DNA of 64,000 bases from an uncultured Prevotella sp. (GTDB lineage Bacteria; Bacteroidota; Bacteroidia; Bacteroidales; Bacteroidaceae). Shown here one piece after another: positions 40,468 to 49,364 of the stretch (the stretch's first letter is position 1; the number at the start of each line of letters is the position of its first letter). The position numbers and the translations under genes are program-made. Under the pieces are notes generated by a model. It had not been told where the DNA came from. It made no database searches and worked only from the letters and a program-made list of their open reading frames with translations. The DNA is taken from assembly GCF_937922495.1 (NCBI RefSeq), contig NZ_CALAIU010000021.1; one strand, written 5' to 3'.

Positions 40468-41130
40468 ATGAAATCCTTTCTGATAGGAGCCGCAACGTCA
40501 AACAGCGGCAAGACTACATTCACCATGGGACTGCTCAGAGCACTGCGCAACCGCGGACTGAGGGTGCAGCCGTTCAAATGCGGTCCCGACTACATCGACA
40601 CGATGTTCCATCACATCGCCTCCGGCAGCGAGAGCGTGAACCTCGACTCCTTCCTTTCGTCGGAACAGCACGTCAGGGAAATCTTCTCCGAATACTCCGC
40701 CGGAGCCGACATCGCCGTGGTGGAAGGCGTAATGGGCCTGTTCGACGGTTACGACAAATGGAAAGGGAGCAGCGCCGAGATTGCCCTTGCCATCAATGCG
40801 CCGGTAATCCTCGTGATCAATGCCAAGTCGGTGGCATACAGCGTGGCTCCGCTCATCTACGGATTCTCCCGATTCAACCCCCGTCTGAAGATTGCCGGAG
40901 TGGTATTCAACAATGTGGCTTCCCTGAACCATTTCTCCTTCCTGCAATCCGCTTGCAGGGATGCCGGCTGCGAGTGTCTGGGCTATATGACCAGGATTCC
41001 GGAGCTTGAAATCCCCGGCAGGCATCTCGGACTGACCATCAGCGAAAAGGAGAACATGGAGCGCATCATTAGCATCGCCGCAAAGGAGATTGAAGCACAT
41101 TTTGACATCGATAAATTGCTCGCATTATGA
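40468..41130 (+). CDS. cbiA: Cobyrinate a,c-diamide synthase CbiA, N-terminal ATPase domain as a separate ORF
   Basis: IGAATSNSGKTTFTMGLLRAL...FKCGPDYID is a CobB/CobQ-type P-loop. The ORF stops with ATGA, which overlaps the start of the next ORF. Confidence 0.75.
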   Translation: MKSFLIGAATSNSGKTTFTMGLLRALRNRGLRVQPFKCGPDYIDTMFHHIASGSESVNLDSFLSSEQHVREIFSEYSAGADIAVVEGVMGLFDGYDKWKGSSAEIALAINAPVILVINAKSVAYSVAPLIYGFSRFNPRLKIAGVVFNNVASLNHFSFLQSACRDAGCECLGYMTRIPELEIPGRHLGLTISEKENMERIISIAAKEIEAHFDIDKLLAL

Positions 41131-41705
41131 AAATACTTATAGCCAAAGACGAGGCGTTCAACTTTATATACCGTGCCAACGTGGACTCGCTCGCCACAAT
41201 GGGCAATGTGGATTTCTTCTCACCATTGCACGACAAAAAACTTCCACAATGCGACCTGCTATATCTGCCCGGCGGATATCCCGAGCTTTATCTCGAAGAC
41301 ATCGCCCGCAACCCAGACATGATGAAATTCATCAGGGAATATGCCGGGAATGGGGGCAGGATCTATGCGGAATGTGGAGGATTTATGTACCTTTGCAACG
41401 ATATTGATGAAACGCCGATGTGCGGAGTGCTGCCATTCAGGGCCACAATGCATGACGCACGCCTGCACTTAGGCTACAGACAAATGGAATTCACATCAAA
41501 GCGCAACGGCAGAAAGATGCTGATCAAGGGACACGAATTTCATTATTCCGAAGTGATTGATACAGAATCGAGCGGTATCAACATCATCCGCAACCAGCTA
41601 TCGGCCAAGGGATTGAATGTGGACACCGCTATATATGAATACAAGAACGTGACTGCCGGCTACACACATTGGTATTGGGCGGAACACGGATTCCCGTTCT
41701 TCTGA
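41127..41705 (+). CDS. cbiA: CbiA C-terminal glutamine amidotransferase domain as a separate ORF
   Basis: KILIAKDEAFNFIY...AECGGFMYL (catalytic Cys) ...HEFHYS; GATase1-like CobB/CobQ domain. Confidence 0.7.
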   Translation: MKILIAKDEAFNFIYRANVDSLATMGNVDFFSPLHDKKLPQCDLLYLPGGYPELYLEDIARNPDMMKFIREYAGNGGRIYAECGGFMYLCNDIDETPMCGVLPFRATMHDARLHLGYRQMEFTSKRNGRKMLIKGHEFHYSEVIDTESSGINIIRNQLSAKGLNVDTAIYEYKNVTAGYTHWYWAEHGFPFF

Positions 41706-41749
41706 CGGCAACAGCCCGGTCTTTACTGTTTAATTTGAAACGTCTGTTT

Positions 41750-43213
41750 ATGAAAGATAAGAAACTACACCCCGTGATGCTTGTAGGCACAGGCAGCGAT
41801 GTGGGCAAGAGCGTTCTTGCCACCGCCCTCTGCCGCATATTCCTGCAGGAGGGATACACTCCTGCTCCCTTCAAGGCGCAGAATATGGCGCTCAACTCCT
41901 ATGCCACTCCCGACGGACTGGAGATAGGACGCGCCCAGGCGGTGCAGGCGGAAGCCGCCAAACTGCCCTGCTCCACGGATATGAACCCGCTGCTGCTGAA
42001 GCCTAACTCCGAGCACACCACGCAGGTGGTGCTCAACGGCAAACCGATCGGGAACCGCTCGGCATACGAATATTTCAGAAAGGAGGGGCGCGAGGAACTG
42101 CGCACAGCCGTCAACGAGGCGTTCGACCGTCTTGCCGCCCAGCATAACCCCATCGTGATGGAGGGAGCGGGAAGCGTGTCGGAAATAAACCTGAGGGATT
42201 CCGACCTCGTGAACATGCCCATGGCGCGCCATGCCGGTGCCGACGTGATTCTCGTTGCCGACATCGACCGCGGCGGCGTCTTCGCCTCATGCTATGGCAG
42301 CGTAATGCTACAGACACCCGAAGACCGCAAGCGGATAAAGGGCATCATCATCAACAAGTTCCGTGGCGACATCCGTCTCTTCGAAGAGGGAAAGAGATTG
42401 ATTGAGGAGATTTGCGGCGTGCCAGTATTGGGCATCGTGCCGATGTTCAAGGATATCGTGATAGAGGAGGAAGACAGCGTGGAACTGGAGCGCAAGATGC
42501 ACTCCCTGTCCGACAGCAAGGTGAACATCGCCGTGGTGCTGCTCCGGCATATCTCAAACTTCACCGACTTCAACGTGCTTGAACGCGACGAACGCGTCAA
42601 CCTGTTCTATACCAACAACACTGCCGACATTGAAAAGGCGGACATCATCATTCTGCCCGGAACGAAGGCAACCATCGACGACCTCTACGAGCTGCGCCGC
42701 AACGGAGTGGCACAGGCTGTCATCCGTGCGCACCGCAACGGCAGGATGGTCATCGGGATATGCGGCGGCTACCAGATGCTCGGACAGATGGTGCTCGACC
42801 CGCACGCCGTGGAGGGCAGCGTGCCGCAGCTGCCTGGCTTGGGACTGCTTGACCTCTCCACCGAGATGCTGCCCGAGAAAGTGACACGGCAGACAGAATT
42901 CCTCTTCGAAGGCGCACCATGCAAGGGATACGAGATTCACCAGGGCAGGACGACATACTGCGAAGGTACCGATAAAGCAGGGGCTGAGGCCGGAACAATC
43001 GTAATGGGAAGCAACTGCATCGGCACGTATATGCACGGGATTCTCGACAACCCTCCCGTAATAGAGCATATCCTGAAGCCATTCGCCAGGAAGAACGACG
43101 ATGGAGTGAGGATGAGCATCGGGGAATTCAAAGACAGACAGTATGACCTGCTTGCCGACCACGTCAGGAAATATGTAGACATCGAGAAACTTATAAACAT
43201 TATGCAGTCATGA
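41750..43213 (+). CDS. cobQ: Cobyric acid synthase
   Basis: MLVGTGSDVGKS...NMALNSYAT, a C-terminal GATase domain and about 488 aa. The start is the internal Met of the track ORF. Confidence 0.85.
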   Translation: MKDKKLHPVMLVGTGSDVGKSVLATALCRIFLQEGYTPAPFKAQNMALNSYATPDGLEIGRAQAVQAEAAKLPCSTDMNPLLLKPNSEHTTQVVLNGKPIGNRSAYEYFRKEGREELRTAVNEAFDRLAAQHNPIVMEGAGSVSEINLRDSDLVNMPMARHAGADVILVADIDRGGVFASCYGSVMLQTPEDRKRIKGIIINKFRGDIRLFEEGKRLIEEICGVPVLGIVPMFKDIVIEEEDSVELERKMHSLSDSKVNIAVVLLRHISNFTDFNVLERDERVNLFYTNNTADIEKADIIILPGTKATIDDLYELRRNGVAQAVIRAHRNGRMVIGICGGYQMLGQMVLDPHAVEGSVPQLPGLGLLDLSTEMLPEKVTRQTEFLFEGAPCKGYEIHQGRTTYCEGTDKAGAEAGTIVMGSNCIGTYMHGILDNPPVIEHILKPFARKNDDGVRMSIGEFKDRQYDLLADHVRKYVDIEKLINIMQS

Positions 43214-44220
43214 TACAGGGACACGGCGACGACCTATATAAATATAATAAGGTGGAGATAAACTTCTCCACCAATATATTCAACCACTTCAACCATTCGG
43301 CGCTCTTCGCCTATCTCGCCGGAAGGCTGCCGCGCATCACGAGCTATCCCGAACCCGAACCGCTGACCCTGGAGAGGGCGCTCGCCAAGAGACTGGACGT
43401 GGAGCCGGAAAACGTGATTGCCACAAATGGGGCGACGGAGGCGATATACCTCATCGCCCAATGCTTCAAAGGCGGTGATGCGCATATCCTCCAGCCCACG
43501 TTTGCGGAGTATGCCGACGCCTGTCGTCTGCACGGATGCAACGTGAAGACGATTGCTTCGCTCGGCGAGGACGATGGTTTCAAGGAGGGCGACACCATGT
43601 GGCTGTGCAACCCGAACAACCCTACGGGCAAGGTGACTGCCGGAGAAGAAGTGGTGCGCTGCATTGCGGCGCATCCCGATACAATCTTCATCATCGACCA
43701 GAGCTATTCTTCCTACACCACCCACAAGGTGTTGTCGGCAGGAGAAGCCGTAAGTCTGAAGAACGTGCTCATCCTTAATTCCATGACGAAGGATTTCGGA
43801 ATTCCCGGACTCCGGTTGGGCTACGTGACGGGCGGCCGGAAACTGACAGACCGTCTGTGCAGCAAAAGGATGCCGTGGTCGGTCAACCAGATTGCCATCG
43901 ATGCCGGACTGTATCTCGTAGACCATACTGATGAATACAAGGTTGATGCCGCCGGTCTCTCCCTGGAGCGCGAAAGGGTGGCTGCCCTTATCAGCGCGAT
44001 GGGCATCAAGACATACCCCTCCGACTCCAACATGCTGCTCTGCCAGCTGCCCAAGCTCAGCGCCGCGGAGCTGAAGGCGCACCTCGTGGACGAATACGGC
44101 ATACTGATTCGCGACGCAAGCAATTTCGAGGGTCTCACCGAGCGACATTTCCGCATCGCGGTGCAGACCGTCGTGGAGGACGACAAACTGATTAAAGCTC
44201 TGAAAAAATGGATGGAATAA
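43210..44220 (+). CDS. cobD: Threonine-phosphate decarboxylase (class I/II aminotransferase fold)
   Basis: MIQGHGDDLYKY start, aminotransferase motifs and 336 aa. Confidence 0.8.
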   Translation: MIQGHGDDLYKYNKVEINFSTNIFNHFNHSALFAYLAGRLPRITSYPEPEPLTLERALAKRLDVEPENVIATNGATEAIYLIAQCFKGGDAHILQPTFAEYADACRLHGCNVKTIASLGEDDGFKEGDTMWLCNPNNPTGKVTAGEEVVRCIAAHPDTIFIIDQSYSSYTTHKVLSAGEAVSLKNVLILNSMTKDFGIPGLRLGYVTGGRKLTDRLCSKRMPWSVNQIAIDAGLYLVDHTDEYKVDAAGLSLERERVAALISAMGIKTYPSDSNMLLCQLPKLSAAELKAHLVDEYGILIRDASNFEGLTERHFRIAVQTVVEDDKLIKALKKWME

Positions 44221-45239
44221 CCCAACTGATATCTTCTGATTTCCTTATCGTATGCCTCGCCGTGGGATGGATGCTCGACCTCCTCTTCGGCGACCCATCG
44301 TTCCTGCCGCATCCCGTGGTATACATGGGCAAGTGGATTGCTTTCGGCGAGAAGCGTCTGAACCGCGGCAACAACCGCAAGAGAAAAGGTGCCCTGTTCG
44401 CCGTGGGGAGCATCCTCATGGTGTTCATGCTGGCGATGGCCGTTGCGTGGGTGTTCTCGCCTGGCGGCGGAAGCGGCTTCCTGCATAATCTGTTGGGCGA
44501 CGACTCAGTATACGTGTGCGTCGTCGTGCAGTCTATCCTCATCTTCTTCTGTCTCGCCGGAAAAACATTGCGCCGCGAGGTAAGAATGGTGTTCGAGGCT
44601 TTGCGACGCGGTCTGGACGACGGCAGGCGCCAGGTGGGGCGTATCGTTGGGCGCGACACACAGTCGCTCTCGGAGCAGGAGGTGGCTACAGCATCGCTCG
44701 AAACGCTCGCCGAGAATCTCTCCGACGGCGTGGTTGCGCCGCTCTTCTGGTTCTGTATGTTCGGTGTGCCGGGGATGCTTGCCTACAAGATGGTTAACAC
44801 CCTCGACTCCATGATTGGCTATCAGAACAAGAGATACAAGGATTTCGGCTGTTGGGCGGCGCATATCGACGATATTGCCAACTGGCTGCCGGCGCGCATA
44901 ACGGCCCTGCTGATGATTGTGGCAGGATGGATATACGCCAAACTGCATCCGTCGCTGCCATACAAGAAGTCGCTCGTTTTCTGTTTCAGGAACACGCTAC
45001 GCTATTCCCGCTGCCATGCCTCGCCCAACAGCGGATGGCCGGAGGCGGCACTCGCCTCATTCCTCGACTGTCGTTTCGGTGGGCCACACGACTACTTCGG
45101 CGAACTGTTTTACAAGCCCTTCATCGGCTCCAACCCTCGCCGCATCACTTTCCGCGACATGCAGGCGAGCATCACTGTATGCCTCACCGCCGAAATAATT
45201 GCCGTAGCCATCATCTTGTTGCCGGCAATACTGACATAA
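44208..45239 (+). CDS. cbiB: Adenosylcobinamide-phosphate synthase
   Basis: LDLLFGDPSFLPHPVVYMGKWI... membrane protein, 343 aa. Confidence 0.8.
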   Translation: MDGITQLISSDFLIVCLAVGWMLDLLFGDPSFLPHPVVYMGKWIAFGEKRLNRGNNRKRKGALFAVGSILMVFMLAMAVAWVFSPGGGSGFLHNLLGDDSVYVCVVVQSILIFFCLAGKTLRREVRMVFEALRRGLDDGRRQVGRIVGRDTQSLSEQEVATASLETLAENLSDGVVAPLFWFCMFGVPGMLAYKMVNTLDSMIGYQNKRYKDFGCWAAHIDDIANWLPARITALLMIVAGWIYAKLHPSLPYKKSLVFCFRNTLRYSRCHASPNSGWPEAALASFLDCRFGGPHDYFGELFYKPFIGSNPRRITFRDMQASITVCLTAEIIAVAIILLPAILT

Positions 45240-45499
45240 TCGTCATAGACAATCTGTCAAGGCATAAAGGTTTTACAGATTTCAGTCATTTTATTTTGTT
45301 CTGATAATATATATTATTAGAATATGAATATAGATAAGCCTTGCAATAATTCGTCCTGTGAGCCTACGGCTACAGGACGAAGGTCAAAAAACCTCACGGA
45401 TTGCACCGATGCACACGGAGTCTTTGACCACGGATTTTTTTGACCTTTCTTTTGATGCAAATGGATCCTAAACGGATTTGCAAGCGTTACCGCTTGCGG

Positions 45500-45800
45500 C
45501 TGGTTCTTGACCACGAATCTCCCGAATCCCACGAATATATACCATGTCACAACCTACAAGATTCGTCCGATTCGTGCAATTCGTGTTCAAAAAAAACATT
45601 TGCGTATATATTAAGTTGAACACGAGATTTGTCGAAGCCCCACTGATTAAAGGTAAGTAATCTCCCGAATGTCCCGAATATTCATTTTTGAGTCGTAAAT
45701 AAAAAGATTCGTTTGATTCGTGCGATTAGTGTTCGAAAAAAATATATTCGCGTATGAGTTATATTAACTTGACCACTAATCTCCCGAATCTCCCGAATCA
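45500..45800. repeat. Tandem duplication of about 2.5 copies of a roughly 140 bp unit in a 1.1 kb non-coding region
   Basis: The sub-motif TTGACCACKAATCTCCCGAAT occurs at about 45508, 45659 (a variant) and 45770. The sub-motif GATTCGTYYGATTCGTGCRATTMGTGTTCRAAAAAAA occurs at about 45561 and 45700. Confidence 0.75.
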
Positions 45801-46104
45801 TTTAATATGCAGACTGAATCAAAAGAAAAATCCGTCTATAATCCAATTTGTCCTGTCAAGGCACAATCAAAATGAAACGAAAATCAAAATATAAATCAAA
45901 AAAGAAAAAAATCAAAAAGCGAATCCGTGTAAAGACTCCGTTAAAATCTGATATTCCGTGAGCGTTTTTTGATTTAAGCTCTGTAGCCACAGGCTTACAG
46001 AGCGCAATGCAGCAATATTATCTTCCTACAATATATACTATAAGAACAATGAGAAAAGAGAAATCTCCTTGTCAACTTGTTTACTCGTCAACTTCTAAAA
46101 TAGA

Positions 46105-46277
46105 AAAAAAAGTTTTTTTGTTTTTTTACCCTCACACCCTCACTTTTCGGCTGAAACGCCCTGTTTATCGGGGTTTCAATGGTGAGGGTAAGTGTGAGGG
46201 CAAAACTTTTACCCTCACACCCTCACCATTGCCCTCACACTCCCATCACACCCTCGCTCTTCCGGCAGGAAAGCATC
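46105..46277. repeat. 'ACCCTCAC' hairpin repeat element, copy B
   Basis: Same orientation and core as copy A, ending TCTTCCGGCAGGAAAGCATC. It carries extra CCCTCAC units. Confidence 0.85.
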
Positions 46278-46416
46278 AGCTTGACGGACATTCCTGTATA
46301 TGCATTTAACGGAAGAGAACAAAATTTCCCCTAACAAGTAAAGCCCCACTGCGTCATCCCACATAATATATAGCGTCATCCCCTATAATATATAATGTGG
46401 CAGGAACAAGCCCCAC

Positions 46417-47046
46417 TCACTCCTTCTCCACAATCCCGAGGATGCAGATGGCGGCACTTCTCGACAAGTCTCCGGGGTTGCTGCCCGGTTCGCCCTCGGG
46501 CACCTGCAAGCCCTGACGGGCGTAATAGTCATGCCAGTAGGGCGTTATGCGTCCCGACTGGTCGTGGAACGACATCGGGATGGGCTTGAAAACCAGTTCA
46601 CCGCGGCTGTCGCGATAGCATTTCTGCACCAGTTCGCTGCAATAGAAAGCACTGTCGTCGGGCATGAAATTGAAGTCGTACGGTCTGCCGATAAACCGAA
46701 GCGCCCTCTCCACCGACCGTGCCACGCCGAGCGTATCCCTCAGACGCGCCGCAAGGACGACCTCGCGACGGGCCATGAAACTGTCTGTCGGCGTAAGCCC
46801 CACGCCGCTATGGATAGCCTCAAGGGCAAAGGTGCGTCCGCCCTGGCGATGGAAAATCGCCACGTGGTCAATCTTCATTCCGCCCACGCCCTGCGTCACA
46901 TCGGTGATGTTGTTGCCCTTCACCTGGGCGCAGAACAGCAGGTCGCCCTCGCACAGACTGCCCATACCGACGCCTTCCAGGCGCTGGGCGGAGACGCAAA
47001 CGGCTGACAGCAAAAGCGTAAGCCACAAAAACAAGGTCTTCTTCAT
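46417..47046 (-). CDS. YiiX/YaeF-family permuted papain-like (NlpC/P60 superfamily) secreted enzyme
   Basis: Signal peptide. GDLLF...IDHVAIF and FYCSELVQKCY motifs. Confidence 0.55.
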   Translation of the reverse strand: MKKTLFLWLTLLLSAVCVSAQRLEGVGMGSLCEGDLLFCAQVKGNNITDVTQGVGGMKIDHVAIFHRQGGRTFALEAIHSGVGLTPTDSFMARREVVLAARLRDTLGVARSVERALRFIGRPYDFNFMPDDSAFYCSELVQKCYRDSRGELVFKPIPMSFHDQSGRITPYWHDYYARQGLQVPEGEPGSNPGDLSRSAAICILGIVEKE

Positions 47047-47204
47047 ATTCTTCTTAATGTTTGTAATCCGTTATACGGCTGCAAATGTAACGCTTTTTCG
47101 GGTGGCAAAAAAAATATAAAGGATGTTTTTTGATGCTGACAAACTTGCCTACCTCGACAAATTCCACTAACTTTACGCACAAATTCAAAACTGCATATAA
47201 AGGC

Positions 47205-49079
47205 ATGACAATAACAATTCTAATACTCATTACCACTGTTGCCATGTTTATCTGGGGCAAAGTGAGAGCGGACATCGTGGCTATCGCAGCACTTGCGGCC
47301 CTTATGATTTCAGGAATACTTACTCCGGCAGAGGCTCTGGCCGGCTTCTCCTCGCCCATCGTCATCATGATGGTGGGGCTCTTCGTGGTGGGCGGAGCCA
47401 TAATGCAGACGGGACTCGCCAAGCTGACGGGACAGAAGCTCATGGCTCTGTCGCACGGCAACGAAACGCTGACGTTCCTGCTCGTTATGATAGTCACCTC
47501 TTTTATCGGAGCCTTCGTGAGCAACACCGGCACCGTGGCCCTCATGATGCCCATCATCATGAGTATCGCGGCAGCATCCGGCCTGCAGGCATCGCGGCTG
47601 CTCATGCCGCTCGCCTTCGCCGGCAGCCTGGGCGGAATGCTCACGCTCATCGGTACGCCGCCCAACCTCGTGATAGACGAAGTGCTGACCGAGGCAGGCT
47701 ACGAACCGCTTTCGTTCTTCTCGTTCTTCCCCGTGGGACTCATCGTCATTGCCATCGGCATCATCGTGCTCATGCCGCTCAGCAAACTGTTCCTTGCCAA
47801 GAAACAGGGCAGCAAGAAGGACAAGACGAAGTCGCTCGACGACCTCGTGGACGAATACAGGCTGATGGACAACCTGCACCGGTACCAGGTGCCGGCAGGA
47901 CCGGACGCTGACGGAGGCACAGGAGGGATGGGCATAATCGGCAAGACGCTCAACGAGCTGAACATACAGAAGCACTACGGAGTGAGCATCATCGAGATAA
48001 GAAACGACAAGAAGTCGCCGCTGAACCTGATAAAGGATGTGAACCAGAACATGGCGAAGAGCGGAAGCACCATCAACGAGGGCGACACGCTCTACGTGAT
48101 AGGCGATGAGGAGAGGATGAAGAAATTCGCCGGAGACTACGCACTGAAGAAAATGCCCGACGTGAGGATTGACTTCTACGATCTCGGACTGACGGAGCTC
48201 GTGGTGATGCCCACGTCAAACTTCCTGGGCATGCGCATCGGCGAGGCGAACCTGCGCAAGAGGTTCGGAATAAACGTGCTGGGAGTGAAGCGCGGCAGCA
48301 ACCGCGACAAGAGCCACTGCCACGAATACATCACCGACGACCTCATCAACACGAAGCTCCACGCCGGAGACGTGCTGCTGGTGCAGGGCGAATGGACAAG
48401 CCTCTCCCACCTGAGCGCCGACACCGGCAACTGGGTGCTGCTGAGCCAGCCGGAGAACACGGCAGACAAGGTGTTGCTCGACTACAAGATGCCCGTGGCT
48501 GCGGCGATAATGCTGCTGATGATCATACTGATGGTGTTCGACTTCATCCCCGTGGCACCCGTCACGGCCGTGATCATAGCCGGACTGCTCACCGTACTGA
48601 CCGGCTGCTTCCGCAATGTGGAGGCGGCATACAAGACGATAAACTGGGAGAGCATCGTATTGATAGCAGCCATGATGCCCATGTCAACCGCCCTGGAGAA
48701 GACAGGGGCATCGGCAATGGTGTCGCAGTCGCTCGTGGACAGTCTGGGAAGCATGGGACCCACGGCGCTCGTGGCAGGCATCTACTTCACCACATCCGTC
48801 ATAACCATGTTCATCAGCAACACCGCCACGGCAGTACTTATGGCTCCCATAGCCCTCGTGGCGGCACAGCAGATAGGCGTAAGCCCCTATGCCTTCCTCT
48901 TCTCCGTGACGCTCGGCGCAAGCATGTGCTTCGCGTCGCCGTTCTCCACACCGCCTAACGCACTCGTGATGAAAGCGGGAAACTACACGTTCATGGACTA
49001 CGTCAAGGTGGGCCTGCCCCTGCAGGTCATCGTGGGAGTGGTCATGACATTCTTGCTGCCGCTGCTCTTCCCGTTCTGA
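47205..49079 (+). CDS. SLC13/DASS-family anion permease with two central TrkA-C domains
   Basis: Transmembrane halves flank about 200 aa of cytoplasmic TrkA-C-like repeats. The start is placed at an internal Met (MTITILIL) and is uncertain. Confidence 0.65.
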   Translation: MTITILILITTVAMFIWGKVRADIVAIAALAALMISGILTPAEALAGFSSPIVIMMVGLFVVGGAIMQTGLAKLTGQKLMALSHGNETLTFLLVMIVTSFIGAFVSNTGTVALMMPIIMSIAAASGLQASRLLMPLAFAGSLGGMLTLIGTPPNLVIDEVLTEAGYEPLSFFSFFPVGLIVIAIGIIVLMPLSKLFLAKKQGSKKDKTKSLDDLVDEYRLMDNLHRYQVPAGPDADGGTGGMGIIGKTLNELNIQKHYGVSIIEIRNDKKSPLNLIKDVNQNMAKSGSTINEGDTLYVIGDEERMKKFAGDYALKKMPDVRIDFYDLGLTELVVMPTSNFLGMRIGEANLRKRFGINVLGVKRGSNRDKSHCHEYITDDLINTKLHAGDVLLVQGEWTSLSHLSADTGNWVLLSQPENTADKVLLDYKMPVAAAIMLLMIILMVFDFIPVAPVTAVIIAGLLTVLTGCFRNVEAAYKTINWESIVLIAAMMPMSTALEKTGASAMVSQSLVDSLGSMGPTALVAGIYFTTSVITMFISNTATAVLMAPIALVAAQQIGVSPYAFLFSVTLGASMCFASPFSTPPNALVMKAGNYTFMDYVKVGLPLQVIVGVVMTFLLPLLFPF

Positions 49080-49364
49080 TGCAATTGTCCAATTGGAAAG
49101 AAGTTGCAAAAAAAGCATGACTTTTCTTCGCATCACAACAGCAGCAAAATTAAATTTTATCAAAAATAACAGGATTAGCGGCAGATATTGGTTATTTATT
49201 CGTAACTTTACACGCACTTTGACCTGAGACGAGCGACCGGCGGCTGCCGGGTACACGTTCACACCATATTCATGCCATGCGCAAAGACACCGAAACGCCA
49301 TTGCGGAAAGGCATTTTCTCGAGGCAGAGGGCATATCCACGCGGAAATAAAAAAAACAATATAA

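Noticed and set aside
40468-41130. Candidate BtuD ABC ATPase completing btuF/btuC
   Set aside because: The P-loop is the CobB/CobQ type (SGKTT...CGPDYID) with no ABC signature LSGGQ or Walker B. It is the CbiA N-domain.
46007-46309. 100 aa ORF (and 45317-45550 minus ORF) in the non-coding region
   Set aside because: They translate the ACCCTCAC repeat and tandem duplication, and have no start context or conservation signal.
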